This document shows positions 18,334 through 29,154 of a DNA stretch of 64,000 nucleotides, one piece after another. The position numbers were made by a program, and so were the translations under genes. The stretch is taken from contig JBKQWB010000014.1 in the NCBI GenBank assembly GCA_052139735.1, positions 6,466-70,465 of the forward strand, written 5' to 3'. Under the pieces are notes generated by a model. That model ran no database searches and was not told the DNA's origin. It saw only the letters and a list, made by a program, of their open reading frames with translations. Source of the DNA: Smithella sp. GTDB lineage: Bacteria; Desulfobacterota; Syntrophia; Syntrophales; Smithellaceae. How positions within the stretch are numbered: position 1 is the first letter of the stretch; every line of letters begins with the position of its first letter.

Positions 18334-19794
18334 CTATTGCCAATAGAAACGAAGACTTGATAAAACCATACTGTCGTTAGCCTGAGGACCTCCTGCAGCT
18401 TTGCCAGTCAAGGTACTACCGCTAAAGTATGTGTCTGTTGTATAGGAATATTGCAAACCGGCCTGCACATTCCCAAACCTGCCCTGAAAGAACTTCCACC
18501 AGGCCCCGATGGTGAACTGATTGATCGAATTGATTTGGCCATTAAATTTAGTTCCTGGGCTGGTGCCGGGCAAACTCATTTCAACATAATCTAAATCACT
18601 GCCATAACCGTAGGCTACACCACTGGAAGCCAGGTCTCTGCGCTCAGCGTTTTCCCAGCCGTAATAACTGTAGATGGTCAGGGCACTCGTGGGAGTCCAG
18701 TTTAAGCCTGCAAGCAGCTGGAGTTCTCTAATAGGAGTGATTTCGCCATTGGCATATTGAGTGACATCAGGCAATTGACCGGAACCATAACGCCCGATGC
18801 CTTCACCATACATACCACTGAGCTGTAGACTAAATTGTTTCGAAAGCAGCGGAAGAATAACGCCGCCGCCTACAGCAGTGGTCGTAGTCTCATTACCATT
18901 GACGTTGCCGCTTGCGTCTACCAAAGTTGACTTAAAGGTGCGGGTCAAGTCAAAAATTTCAAAATGTCCCCAACCAGGATCGTATGCCGCCTTTATGACC
19001 AAATCAGGGTAAGTGTTCGCGGATAGACTGACGTTGGTGAGACTGCCTCCGCCGGATTGACCAAGCGACGAATTGGTTCCCACCGTGTTTGGTGGGGTTG
19101 CGGCAACGGTTTGGGGAGATTCGATTGAAATCGCCAGCCAATATGTCTTGTTCCAGTCTTTTACAAGACGCAACTGGGGTTGCCGCGCCCAGGAAAAGCC
19201 GGGTACGTACTGGGCGTCAATCGTCAGCGGAATATCTTCTTGACGCGGGGTGATGCCATGATTATTCATCGTAACCAGTGACCATGTTTGACCGCCTAAT
19301 AAATGCAGGCCGTAGTTATCCCAATCAACTGTTGAGTATAGATGACGAATCCGTGGGTTATACGAATTACTTTCAGCGGAATTGGCAGTGGAGGCCGCGC
19401 CCAAAAAGTCCATCTCATAGAATCCGGCCAGGTGGATCGTGGGGCTGTAATCTCCCTGCGCCAGAATGTTAATCCTGGATTGCCTAGCGCTGAATCTTGT
19501 TTCATCCTGGTAATAGCCAACTTGATTCGACAGGGGAATTGATTGAAACTTCGACGAAATATCGGAATTTTCATTTCTGGCGCGGTAAACACCTTCCGCC
19601 GCCAGGAAACCGCCAAATTTGACGTTGACCCCCATCATTTTCAGGGTTATGGCGCCAGTGTCCGCAGCAGCTGCAGTCTGACCGTTTGCCGGTGCGGTAG
19701 CTGCCGTCTGATCCGTTGCCGGTTGGGTATCTGCTGCCATAACCGGTGTTGCCAGCAGCAGCAATACTGTAAGTAAAGCTAGTGTTTTCTTCAT
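18334..19794 (-). CDS. Putative outer-membrane beta-barrel porin
   Basis: Signal peptide MKKTLALLTVLLLLATPVMA. Thr/Ala/Gln-rich spacer (TDQTAATAPANGQTAAAADTG). Alternating Gly/aromatic strand pattern throughout, with aromatic-rich C-terminus ...LSSLRFYWQ. Confidence 0.5.
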   Translation of the reverse strand: MKKTLALLTVLLLLATPVMAADTQPATDQTAATAPANGQTAAAADTGAITLKMMGVNVKFGGFLAAEGVYRARNENSDISSKFQSIPLSNQVGYYQDETRFSARQSRINILAQGDYSPTIHLAGFYEMDFLGAASTANSAESNSYNPRIRHLYSTVDWDNYGLHLLGGQTWSLVTMNNHGITPRQEDIPLTIDAQYVPGFSWARQPQLRLVKDWNKTYWLAISIESPQTVAATPPNTVGTNSSLGQSGGGSLTNVSLSANTYPDLVIKAAYDPGWGHFEIFDLTRTFKSTLVDASGNVNGNETTTTAVGGGVILPLLSKQFSLQLSGMYGEGIGRYGSGQLPDVTQYANGEITPIRELQLLAGLNWTPTSALTIYSYYGWENAERRDLASSGVAYGYGSDLDYVEMSLPGTSPGTKFNGQINSINQFTIGAWWKFFQGRFGNVQAGLQYSYTTDTYFSGSTLTGKAAGGPQANDSMVLSSLRFYWQ

Positions 19795-20077
19795 TCTTTT
19801 CCTCCTTGGTTGATAAATTATTTTGATTTATCAACCTACTACACTACGATTATTACAGTAATGTTACAGTCTCGTGAAATATTGAGAAATTTTCAGTTAA
19901 GAGATTAACTCATGATAGTTGACTGCATCAGTAATTGGTATTCATCAATTCTTCAGATATGAATCCTCATTACAAGTTGTTTATTTTTATATTTTATCAT
20001 TCATCATTACTATCAGGTTAACAGTCTTTTATGACTTCTGTTTCTTTTCGATGAAGCACGCTCATAATAGCCGCAAG

Positions 20078-21376
20078 TTATTTCAGCATGCCGATCTGGA
20101 AATCGACGTTGAGGTGATACGCCTGCCAATCGTATTTTGCGCTTGCCGCAGCAATCTGTGCCGACGTCAGGTTCAACTGGGCCTGACTCAGTTCAATGAT
20201 GGAGCTTAGGCCGAGGGTGTAACGGCTTTGGGCAAGGTCGAGCGAAGACTGCGCCTGGCTGAGCATTTGTTCAGTAAGGGCCAACCGGTCATAAGCTGTT
20301 TTTCCATTCAGGTAGGCAATACGGACATCACGGCTGACCTGGAACTCCAGATCGTTAACCTGTTTCATGGCAGCCTGTGACTTAAGCCTTGCCTCGGTTT
20401 CACGGGCTTTGAATAGACCGCCGTTGAAAATCGGGATATTGATATTTATTCCTATGGCGCCATAGTGATCCGGTACCTCTTGCTCACCGGCCGGTACAAA
20501 ACCCGCAGTTCCCATGATCCCGATATTCGGGTAGTGGAGCGCGTGTTCGGCACTGGTGAATTTTTCCGCCGCACGTTGCTCTAGGTGGAGTCCCTTAAGA
20601 TCAGGGCGATTCTGGAACGCTTGTTGGATCAGGTCATCCGATTGCTCAGGGAGCTGCGATGGCATCGGCTCCTCAGCGAGATCAAACGAGGTGCCACCCG
20701 GCAGTCCCAGCACGGCGGCAAGCTGGGCTTGGACCGCCTTCAGGGAGTTTTCTGATTGAACTAGTAGCAGCTTGGCATCAGCGAGATTAACATTGGCAAA
20801 GCTGACGTCGAGTGCCGATTTCAGGTTGCTATTGGCCAGTGCGGTCACCTGGTCGGCTACCAACTGCCGTGTCTCGACAGTTTGCCTAGCGACCTGCAAA
20901 ACGGCTTGTGCCCGCAGCACCCCAAAATAAACCTGACCGGTTATCAGGAGGATATCGGCGCGGGTCTGTTCGGCCGTCTGGTTCTGGGCATCAGCATGAA
21001 GCTTCGCCATGTCGATCAGGTTCCCGGTCCGGCCAAAGTCAGTAACCATCTGGTTGACCGTGACGCCACCGCCAATATGGTCGTAAACGATAGGATTGGT
21101 AAGCCCCCCCGCAGCCAGACGGGTACCGTTTTCGGCGTCTACTCCGGTGGCACTTGCAAACAGTGTGGGAAAATATGCCGACCGGTATTCCGCCGGGACC
21201 TGGGAGGCGGCTGCGGCGACAAGTGTTGCCGTTGCCAGATGAGGATTGTTCTTCACCGCCAGCTTTTCCGCCTCCGCCAGCGTAAGGTGCATTTTCTCCT
21301 GGGCATGGATAGGGGTAGGGGTGCTCGCCAGAACGAGGATTAATGCCCCCATGGTGATCAGTAAATTTTTTATCAT
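20078..21376 (-). CDS. TolC-family outer membrane efflux protein
   Basis: Signal peptide MIKNLLITMGALILVLASTPTPIHAQ and two tandem OEP-type repeats. ATG 21376 overlaps the RND stop (ATGA). Confidence 0.85.
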   Translation of the reverse strand: MIKNLLITMGALILVLASTPTPIHAQEKMHLTLAEAEKLAVKNNPHLATATLVAAAASQVPAEYRSAYFPTLFASATGVDAENGTRLAAGGLTNPIVYDHIGGGVTVNQMVTDFGRTGNLIDMAKLHADAQNQTAEQTRADILLITGQVYFGVLRAQAVLQVARQTVETRQLVADQVTALANSNLKSALDVSFANVNLADAKLLLVQSENSLKAVQAQLAAVLGLPGGTSFDLAEEPMPSQLPEQSDDLIQQAFQNRPDLKGLHLEQRAAEKFTSAEHALHYPNIGIMGTAGFVPAGEQEVPDHYGAIGININIPIFNGGLFKARETEARLKSQAAMKQVNDLEFQVSRDVRIAYLNGKTAYDRLALTEQMLSQAQSSLDLAQSRYTLGLSSIIELSQAQLNLTSAQIAAASAKYDWQAYHLNVDFQIGMLK

Positions 21377-24300
21377 ACAGTCCTCCATTTTCGCAACAGC
21401 GATCCGATTCCCAAACCTTTTCGCTCTTTGCCGTGAACCAGCAAATATGCGGCGGGCACCAAAAATACTGTGAGTACAACTGACACGCCCAATCCACCCA
21501 GGATAGCACGCGCCAGTGGCGCGTACGCTTCGCTTCCCGCTCCAAGTTTAAGAGCCATGGGGAGAAGTCCAATGATGGTTGCCAGGGAGGTCATTAGCAC
21601 CGGACGAAGCCTGACACGGCAGGCCACCGCCACCGCCTCCTGCACGCTCATTCCTTCCTCCTGGCGTAGATGGCGGGTGAATTCGACGATCAGGATGCTG
21701 TTCGATACCGCAATCCCCACAAGCATGACAACTCCCATAAGAGACATAACATTGAGCGTTGTCCCGGTCAGCAGAAGGGTAAAGATCACTCCTGTCAATC
21801 CCGGCGGTACAGCAACCAGGATGATGAACGGGTCGATAAAAGACCGGAACTGAGCCACAAGAATCAGATAGAGGAGGACCACTGCGAGGCAAAGGCCGGC
21901 GGCGAAGCTGCTGAACGAAGACCTCATCCCCTGCACACTGCCACGCAGGGTAACGGTTAATCCTTCGGGAACTTTTGTCTTGGCAATGATGCCGTCGATT
22001 TTGTTGGCGATCTTGCCCAGATCTTCGTGTTGCGGCCGGACATAAATATCGATAGTACGGCGCAACTGGTAATGGTCAACCTCCGTGGGAGAAGTAGTGC
22101 GGCGCAGACTGCTGATCATGTTCAGCCTGGTCGGCTCGGCGCTGCCGGCAGCCTTGAGCGGGATTGCCGACAGATCCGACAAGGAAGTGATTTGGTTTTC
22201 CGGATACTGGACCGTCAGCATGTAATCATTGCCTGTCTTCGGATCGATCCAGAAGCTCGGCGCGATCATACCGTTCGAGGTGAGCGCGGTAATGACGTTG
22301 TCAACCACCTCCAGCTGGTTCAAACCGAGTTCGCTGGCACGGGTCCGGTCGATATCCAACCTGAGCGCCGGATAATCCATGTCCTGCGGTATGTAGGCGT
22401 CCGCCACTCCACCTATTGTATGGATTTGTGCGGCGAGTTTCTGGGCTGTATCAAAGGAAACCTGCATGTTGGAGCCCGCTACTTGCACGTCAATCGGGGC
22501 CGGCATCCCCATGTTCAGCACGGCATCTACAAGGCCTCCGGACTGGAAGTAAGCAGTCAATTCCGGAAGCTCTGCAGCAATGCGCCGTTTCACCCGATCC
22601 ATGTACTCATAGCTGCCGATCTTATGCTGTTCCTTCAGGCTAACTTGGACAAACGCGGTATGCATAGCGGAGTTTGGAGTATATATGGCAGAAAAGTCGG
22701 GGGTCGAGCCGATGTTGGAGACCACCATTCCCAGGTCTTCAGGGAGGACAATCTTGCGAACCAGGTTTTCCACCTTGGTAACCTCTTCCTCCGTCAAGGA
22801 GAGGCGAGTACCGGACGGCGCCTTGAGATTAATGACGAACTGGCCGGCGTCGGTTCGCGGAAAGAACGATATTCCCAGGAGCGGAAAGAGGGCTATGCTG
22901 AGCGCGAAGATCACGCCGAACCACGCCAGCGTCGCGACCGGTCGCCGCAGTGTCACGGCGACTGCTCGGTCGTAGAGCTTGAGAAAAGATTCAAAATAGT
23001 TGTTGAACCAGACGTTGAAGCGGTCACCGAAGGTGACGCGTCCCTTAAGGTGTTCCGCGACGACGGGTATCTCGGAAGCCGGCGTGCCGTGGTGGGCGGA
23101 GGCCTTGATGAAGTAAGAACAAAAGAGCGGCACGACGGTCATGGCAACGATATACGAGGCAAACAGGGAAAGGACCACGGCCAGCGCCAGAGCGGAGAAA
23201 AGGAACTTGCTCACGCCATAGAGGAAAGTGACCGGAAAGAACACCACCACAGTTGTAAGGGTGGCGGCCAGCACCGGAAGCGCCACCTCCGCTCCCCCTT
23301 TTTCGGCGGCTACCTCGGGTGGCTCTCCGAGTTCAAGGTGGCGATAGATGTTCTCCAAAACGACAACTGAATTGTCGATTAACCGGGAAAAGGCGAGCGC
23401 CAGTCCTCCCAGCACCATGCTGTTGACGGAGCTTCCTCCCAGCGAAAGAGCGATAAAGGCCGCCAGGGCCGATAGCGGGATCGAGAAGAAGACCGCAACT
23501 GTGGCCCTCATGCTGCCGAGGAATATCAGAATCATCACCGAGGTAAGGAAGAGGCCGATCGCCCCCTCATGCAAAAGCGTTTCGATCGCAGTCTTAACGA
23601 ATACCGACTGGTCGAACACTACACGGCTGATCAACTCCTTCGGAACGTCGATCAGCTGTTTTACAGCATGCTTGATCCCGTTTACCACCGCAATGGTATT
23701 GGTGTCCCCTCCCTGTTTTAGGACCGGAAGATAGACCGAACGCTGTCCGTCGACCCGGACGATGTTGGTTTGGATCTGCTCAGCGTCCTTGGCAAAGCCG
23801 ATATCCGCTATGCGGACTGGGGATTGGCCGACCATTTTGATCGGCAGCTCATTGATCTCTTCGATCGTGTCCAGTTGGCTGTTGGTGTAGATGTTGTAGT
23901 CGAGGGGACCAATCTGCACATCACCGGAGGGAAGAATCAGGTTAGAATCGTTGACCGCCCGCACCACGTCCATGATGCTCATCTTGTATGCTTCTAGCTT
24001 GTGTGGATCGGTGTAAACCATGATTTGACGGTAGCGCCCTCCAAAAGGTTGGGGGACGCTTGCGCCTGGAACGCCAGCTATCTGGTTGCGCACCTGAAAC
24101 TGCGCAAGGTCACGCAGTTTGGTCTCATCCAGTCCTTCTCCCTTCAGGGTCACCAGGCAAACCGGCAAACTCGAAGCGTCAAACTTGAGCACCACCGGAG
24201 GCAATGTCCCCGGTGGAAGACGACGCAGCTGCGCCATGGCCAGATTGGAAATGGTGGTAACCGCCGAATCTGGATTGGTGCCTGGCTGGAAGTAGACTTT

Positions 24301-24567
24301 GATCACGCTCACCCCTGGCAGGGATCGGGATTCGATGTGATCGATGCCGCTTCCTAGGGTAAAGAAACGTTCGAAGCGGCTGGTGATGTCGGTTTCGATC
24401 TGCTCGGGAGGCATACCTGAGTAGAATGTAGCTACAACCACCACAGGGATGTTCATGGAGGGGAACATGTCGACCGGCATCCGGTCCAGGCTTGTGACCC
24501 CAACCACCAATATGATAAGGCTGACGACGATGATTAAATAAGGATTGCGAATTGCAAAACGAGACAC
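21373..24567 (-). CDS. RND efflux transporter, AcrB/HAE-type inner membrane pump
   Basis: 1064 aa. N-terminus MSRFAIRNPYLIIVVSLIILVVG and two large periplasmic loops alternating with 12 TM helices. Confidence 0.9.
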   Translation of the reverse strand: MSRFAIRNPYLIIVVSLIILVVGVTSLDRMPVDMFPSMNIPVVVVATFYSGMPPEQIETDITSRFERFFTLGSGIDHIESRSLPGVSVIKVYFQPGTNPDSAVTTISNLAMAQLRRLPPGTLPPVVLKFDASSLPVCLVTLKGEGLDETKLRDLAQFQVRNQIAGVPGASVPQPFGGRYRQIMVYTDPHKLEAYKMSIMDVVRAVNDSNLILPSGDVQIGPLDYNIYTNSQLDTIEEINELPIKMVGQSPVRIADIGFAKDAEQIQTNIVRVDGQRSVYLPVLKQGGDTNTIAVVNGIKHAVKQLIDVPKELISRVVFDQSVFVKTAIETLLHEGAIGLFLTSVMILIFLGSMRATVAVFFSIPLSALAAFIALSLGGSSVNSMVLGGLALAFSRLIDNSVVVLENIYRHLELGEPPEVAAEKGGAEVALPVLAATLTTVVVFFPVTFLYGVSKFLFSALALAVVLSLFASYIVAMTVVPLFCSYFIKASAHHGTPASEIPVVAEHLKGRVTFGDRFNVWFNNYFESFLKLYDRAVAVTLRRPVATLAWFGVIFALSIALFPLLGISFFPRTDAGQFVINLKAPSGTRLSLTEEEVTKVENLVRKIVLPEDLGMVVSNIGSTPDFSAIYTPNSAMHTAFVQVSLKEQHKIGSYEYMDRVKRRIAAELPELTAYFQSGGLVDAVLNMGMPAPIDVQVAGSNMQVSFDTAQKLAAQIHTIGGVADAYIPQDMDYPALRLDIDRTRASELGLNQLEVVDNVITALTSNGMIAPSFWIDPKTGNDYMLTVQYPENQITSLSDLSAIPLKAAGSAEPTRLNMISSLRRTTSPTEVDHYQLRRTIDIYVRPQHEDLGKIANKIDGIIAKTKVPEGLTVTLRGSVQGMRSSFSSFAAGLCLAVVLLYLILVAQFRSFIDPFIILVAVPPGLTGVIFTLLLTGTTLNVMSLMGVVMLVGIAVSNSILIVEFTRHLRQEEGMSVQEAVAVACRVRLRPVLMTSLATIIGLLPMALKLGAGSEAYAPLARAILGGLGVSVVLTVFLVPAAYLLVHGKERKGLGIGSLLRKWRTV

Positions 24568-24570
24568 GAT

Positions 24571-25842
24571 TTAATTCTCCTGGTTACCGTTGGCTGAAGG
24601 CGTTCCACCCATGATTGTAACCTTGGGCTGTACTTCCTGGCCAGTCTGCAGGATAGAGCGCTCACCGATCACGACGAGGTCCCCTTCCTTCAGCCCGGAA
24701 AGGACTTCCACATTGTTGGCAGTTTCAAGCCCGAGAGAAACAGTGCGGATCTCAATCCGGTTGCCGGCTGTCACCACCATTACCCGGCCACTGCTGCCGT
24801 TTGCTCCTCCTTTGGGTTGCGAGGAGACATCGCCGCCGACCAGATCGACCGCAGTCACAGGAATAGCCAGCACCTTGTTGCGATAGTCGAGGTTTAGACG
24901 CACTTCCGCATACATCCCGGGAACCATGACCATCTTAGGATTCGGCACATCGATCTCTGTATCCATGGTGCGCGTGCTGGCGGAAAGTTTGCTGGCGAAA
25001 CGGGCAACCTTGCCGGAAAACGTGCGGTTGATGGTTGGGACGCGCACTTCGACCTGCTGGCCGAAGTGGATGGTGGGAACGGCCGACTCAGGAACCGGGA
25101 CAATTAGCCTGAGCAGGCTGTTCTCTGAAAGGCGCACCAGGGGCATTGCCTGTGTCTGGGAGGCTGTGCCGGCCTGAATCATCGATCCGGTATCCGCGTA
25201 ACGCTTGGTTACCACCCCATCGAAGGGTGCGATCACCCGTGCATAGTCGAGCATCGTCTTGATCCTGCCCAGTGCAGCCTGATTCACACGGATTTGTTCG
25301 TTGGCTGAGTCGAGACCCGATCTCGCTGCTGCAACCTGGGCTTCCGCGGCTAAGTCTTTGCTCCTTGCATCATCAATCTCCTGCTGGGCCACTAGACCTG
25401 GTTTCTGAGATGCAACCTGGAAGAGCCGCGTGAAGGAGAGATGTGCTATGTCATGGGCCGTTTGCGCCCGGCGCAGTTCATCGCCGGCCTTGGCTGCATC
25501 GGCCTCGCTCCTTTTCATAGTTGCCTTACCAACGGCCAGATCGTCCGCCATCTCCGGGACTTCCAGCACGGCCAGTAGCTGCCCCTTTTTTACCCTGTCC
25601 CCTATATCCACATGTATGGTCTTGACATACCCCGACACCTTAGCCATCACGTCAATCTCCTGAAATGGTCTTAACTCGGCGGTCAGACTCAGGTCGCGTG
25701 ACAGATCTTCCGCGGCGGCTTTTGCTACAGCCACGATAGGTGGCCGGTGGCTCTTGCTTGCCTCGGTTTTTTCATTTCCCGCATTGGAACAAGCCGTAAT
25801 GAACAACAAGATGGTAATAGTGAGTGCAATGAATCTTGGCAT
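24571..25842 (-). CDS. RND periplasmic adaptor (membrane fusion protein), lipoprotein
   Basis: Lipobox LFITAC. Lipoyl/beta-barrel motifs (VSGYVKTIHVDIGDRVKKGQLLAVLE) and an alpha-hairpin region. Confidence 0.85.
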   Translation of the reverse strand: MPRFIALTITILLFITACSNAGNEKTEASKSHRPPIVAVAKAAAEDLSRDLSLTAELRPFQEIDVMAKVSGYVKTIHVDIGDRVKKGQLLAVLEVPEMADDLAVGKATMKRSEADAAKAGDELRRAQTAHDIAHLSFTRLFQVASQKPGLVAQQEIDDARSKDLAAEAQVAAARSGLDSANEQIRVNQAALGRIKTMLDYARVIAPFDGVVTKRYADTGSMIQAGTASQTQAMPLVRLSENSLLRLIVPVPESAVPTIHFGQQVEVRVPTINRTFSGKVARFASKLSASTRTMDTEIDVPNPKMVMVPGMYAEVRLNLDYRNKVLAIPVTAVDLVGGDVSSQPKGGANGSSGRVMVVTAGNRIEIRTVSLGLETANNVEVLSGLKEGDLVVIGERSILQTGQEVQPKVTIMGGTPSANGNQEN

Positions 25843-26190
25843 AGGATTTCCTTTCCTTAAAACAAGGACAAAAACATATAAAAAAATAATTTATTGTCTC
25901 ATTTTCATAACTGACTATTTTATAATTTATTATTTACAGTGATAATAAGTATCTTTGTTTTAAATTTAAAATATTCCTTCATCGCTTATGCCGCACAACG
26001 GGAGCTAAAGAAGTGTAAATGATAGAATGGAATATAATATAGAAAACAGATATCAATATTAATGTCAAGTTTCCTCTTGACAAATTTGTCCAGTCAGCAA
26101 TTCGGGAAACTTTTACGATAGTAAAATTAATTATGTGTTCTAAATTATTTAATTGCATAACATCACCTCAAAAACATCAATTCCGTTGTA

Positions 26191-26559
26191 CTAATAAGAT
26201 GGTGCTATCTCTTGCACATTGGCTATCAAATCTTCAATATTAAAAGGTTTGTCAAAAATGGCTACAGCTCCAAGGAGATACGCCTGTTTATGTGTTTCTT
26301 CATCACCAAATGCCGTAATCAAAATTACCGGTGGAAATCCTTTGTGGTCATACATGTCTTCAAGGATCTCCATGCCGGTAAGACCGGGCATTCTGACATC
26401 AGAGATGACTAAATCAAAAGCCGCATCTTTTTGGGCAGAATCAACGGAAAAATAGTGCTCAAGCATACTGAGACCGTCGGCAAATTCGGTAACTTTATAG
26501 CCGTTTTTACGGAGAGACATTGCCAATAGCTCGCGCATATCATGGTTATCTTCCGCCAA
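26191..26559 (-). CDS. Single-domain response regulator (CheY-like receiver)
   Basis: 122 aa. LAEDNHDMRELL, phospho-acceptor context LVISDVRMPGLTG and FDKPF. TTG start. Confidence 0.8.
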   Translation of the reverse strand: MAEDNHDMRELLAMSLRKNGYKVTEFADGLSMLEHYFSVDSAQKDAAFDLVISDVRMPGLTGMEILEDMYDHKGFPPVILITAFGDEETHKQAYLLGAVAIFDKPFNIEDLIANVQEIAPSY

Positions 26560-26928
26560 CAGAATATGAGGGATTTTCTTTTTTATAGAACTTTACCTAA
26601 TAATTGATTTTCTGTTTTTTTATATGCTTTTTCCCCCGCCATAACTTCTTTCCATAATTTTAATAATTATCACTCTATGATCCGCAACAAAAATAATTAT
26701 CAGTTTAACTGATGCTTTAATTATTGTTGACTTAATTATTTAGGCTAAATTGCAAAGGCGATGCCAACTTGAAGGAAAGATAATTTGAATTTAAAAATCT
26801 GCAAGGATGAAGAATACATACAAGACAGGAAAAAGAAATAAAAGCTTTTTAAACTACAAATAACTGCTTCTAGGAAAACAGCTTTTACGGGGCACAATGC
26901 TACACTGTAGCAAAATGCCCCGCTATGC

Positions 26929-27249
26929 TCACGTGTAAAGATATCCGGTACCATCTTTATACCGTTTCTTGAAGAATACCTCCTGTCCCTGTATCACCAT
27001 ACTGAGCTTTTCCCCAGGTATACGGGGGCTGTATGGATCATCCGGCGGTACGTTCAGCCAGACCCAACGAACGTATAATCTATGCTCTCCCTCATTTACT
27101 CCCGAAATAAGCTTTAGGGCACGTTGCTGGCCTCTGGTAAGCCATACATCGGTTACCGAACTTTTCATCGCACGACCCAGCAGGTGAGCGTTTCGTTTCA
27201 TATCTGCTTCAAATAATCCAATCAATACCTTAAGCCGAGTTGCGCCCAC
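26929..27249 (-). CDS. Hypothetical protein (start uncertain)
   Basis: 106-aa ORF with no overlapping alternative. No motif recognised. A possible internal start is MKRNAHLLG. Confidence 0.3.
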   Translation of the reverse strand: MGATRLKVLIGLFEADMKRNAHLLGRAMKSSVTDVWLTRGQQRALKLISGVNEGEHRLYVRWVWLNVPPDDPYSPRIPGEKLSMVIQGQEVFFKKRYKDGTGYLYT

Positions 27250-27415
27250 TGCGCCCGTTAGAGCGCATGGACCACAGAATATTTCTGGAGTGGAAATTTA
27301 TGGTGGTGCTGACAGTCTACCAAAGAGAACTGCGCTCTGACGTTTCCAACATAAAGGTGCTTTTTTATCAAGTCAATCTGAACAAGTGCGCAAAAAGTAA
27401 TCAAAAAATAATTTT

Positions 27416-28744
27416 TTAACCGGTGTTTAATTTATTTTTCTTCCCGGGCTTTCGGACGCAGGAGGAACATTGCGCTTCAGAGGGTATGCCCGACGGGAAG
27501 ACGTAGCGCACAGCCCGTTCGTAGAGCAGGTAATCCCAGGCCCAATTGATCAGTACCATCACCCGGTTGCGAAATCCGATGAGATTGAAAAGATGGATGA
27601 CCAGCCACATCCCCCAGGCGATAAATCCGGTAAATGTCCAGGAGCCGATGGCGACTCCGGCAGCTTTGCGGCCAATGGTGATCATTGAGCCGCGATCCTT
27701 ATAGATAAAAGGCTGCGGCGCCAGCCCCGCAATTTGATTTAATATGTTTTGCGCGGATGCAACGCCTGATTGAATGGCCACCTGCGCGACCATCGGCAGG
27801 ATGCGCTGACCTTCGTTGATCGACGCCAGATCGCCGATCACATAAATATTGGGCTGATCTTTAATACGCAGGGTCTCGTTGACTGCCACACGGCCATCGC
27901 GTGTAACCAGAATATCGGAAGCGGCGGCAAGTCCTTCTCCTTTAACTCCCGCCGTCCAGATAACGGTGCTTGCTTCAATTATTTTCAAGTTTTTTAAAAC
28001 GACTTTGTCTATAGAGACTTCGGCGACCGCGGCGCTCAGGCGGACATCCACGCCCATTCTCCGCAGTTGTCCGGCTGTATAGTCCCGGATGTTAGAAGGC
28101 ATTGACGAGACCAGTTCTCCGGCAGCCTCCAGCAAAATGATCCGCACTTCAGAAAAATCAATGCCGGGGTAATCCCTGATCAGCGGGCCATGGATGAGTT
28201 CCGTAAGCGCGCCTGCATATTCCACGCCGGTCGCGCCGCCGCCCGCTATAACAAAAGTCAGCAAGCTCTTTCTTCTTTCCGCGTCCGGTTCTCTTGCCGC
28301 CGCTTCAAAGCAGCAGATGATATGATTTTTCAACGCGACGGCTTCTTCCAGCGTTTTCAGAAAATAGGCGTGCTCCTCTACTCCCGGCACATCAAATGTT
28401 GAAGTGACGCTGCCATTGGCAAGAATCAGATAGTCATAAGAGATGGTTTCACCATCCGTCTCGATTTGACGATTCTGCAAATCAATCCGCCGCGCGTGCG
28501 CGAGAACAAAATCGATATTGGATATTCTGCTAAAGATGCTGCGTACAGGATAGGCAATGTCCTCGGCAGTGAGCTCCGCCGATGCCACCTGATAAAGAAG
28601 AGCCAGAAAGGTGTGATAATTGTTGCGGTCGATCACCACCACGTCCACAGCATGATTGGCCAGTGTGCGAGCCGCCCAGAGGCCGCCGAAACCCCCTCCG
28701 ATAATGACTACTTTTGGTCTTTTTTCTCCGGTTAAATTTTCCAA
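27416..28744 (-). CDS. ndh: Type II NADH:quinone oxidoreductase (NDH-2)
   Basis: KVVIIGGGFGGLWAAR, a second dinucleotide motif VIAGGGATGVE, and a C-terminal amphipathic/TM tail. Confidence 0.8.
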   Translation of the reverse strand: MENLTGEKRPKVVIIGGGFGGLWAARTLANHAVDVVVIDRNNYHTFLALLYQVASAELTAEDIAYPVRSIFSRISNIDFVLAHARRIDLQNRQIETDGETISYDYLILANGSVTSTFDVPGVEEHAYFLKTLEEAVALKNHIICCFEAAAREPDAERRKSLLTFVIAGGGATGVEYAGALTELIHGPLIRDYPGIDFSEVRIILLEAAGELVSSMPSNIRDYTAGQLRRMGVDVRLSAAVAEVSIDKVVLKNLKIIEASTVIWTAGVKGEGLAAASDILVTRDGRVAVNETLRIKDQPNIYVIGDLASINEGQRILPMVAQVAIQSGVASAQNILNQIAGLAPQPFIYKDRGSMITIGRKAAGVAIGSWTFTGFIAWGMWLVIHLFNLIGFRNRVMVLINWAWDYLLYERAVRYVFPSGIPSEAQCSSCVRKPGKKNKLNTG

Positions 28745-28751
28745 TGCTTTT

Positions 28752-29154
28752 TTACCTTACGGCCACGACCTTAATCGTGACATCAACATTCCCTTTAATC
28801 GCTTTTGAATACGGACACGCTTTGTGCCCGGCGGCAACCACCTTCTCTGCATCCTCCTGAGAAAGACCTTCGACTTTTACATCCAAATCAACTACCACTC
28901 CAAAGCCGTCATCTTCAGACAGACCAATATCCCCCCGCAGATTTTACTTCAATTGTCTTCGGAATTAACCTGAGCTGATGCGACATAAACTCACACGCGC
29001 TTCCAAAGCAGGTAGCGTATCCCGTCGCAAACAAATGTTCCGGGGTTGTTGTAGCATCTCTTCCCGGACCTCCCATCGCTTTAGGAATAGATAAATTTAC
29101 GCTGACAATCCCATCATCAGATTGTGTGTGACCGTTCCGTGCATGAAAAATCAC
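28752..29154 (-). pseudogene. ohr: Ohr/OsmC-family organic hydroperoxide resistance protein interrupted by a +1 frameshift in a G6 run
   Basis: The 79-aa ORF carries ...PEHLFATGYATCFGSA (first Cys) and ends AGGYWSV*. The adjacent frame continues GDIGLSEDDGFGVVVDLDVKVEGLSQEDAEKVVAAGHKACPYSKAIKGNVDVTIKVVAVR*. The frames switch at the C6 run 28931-28936 (plus strand). Confidence 0.75.

Noticed and set aside
22027-23370. A 447-aa plus-strand ORF, and several other 75-130-aa plus-strand ORFs, between 21.2 and 24.4 kb.
   Set aside because: They are all antisense to the RND pump gene, whose 1064-aa product has unmistakable AcrB-type architecture. Their translations are Arg/Gly/His-rich low-complexity strings, which is typical of the reverse frame of GC-rich coding DNA.
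26064-26081. A perfect palindrome, GTCAAG-TTTCCT-CTTGAC, about 220 nt upstream of the RND adaptor gene. It could be an efflux-regulator operator.
   Set aside because: It is a single occurrence. A 6-bp-arm palindrome at a fixed spacing is expected about 16 times by chance in 64 kb, and no TetR/MarR-type regulator gene is adjacent.
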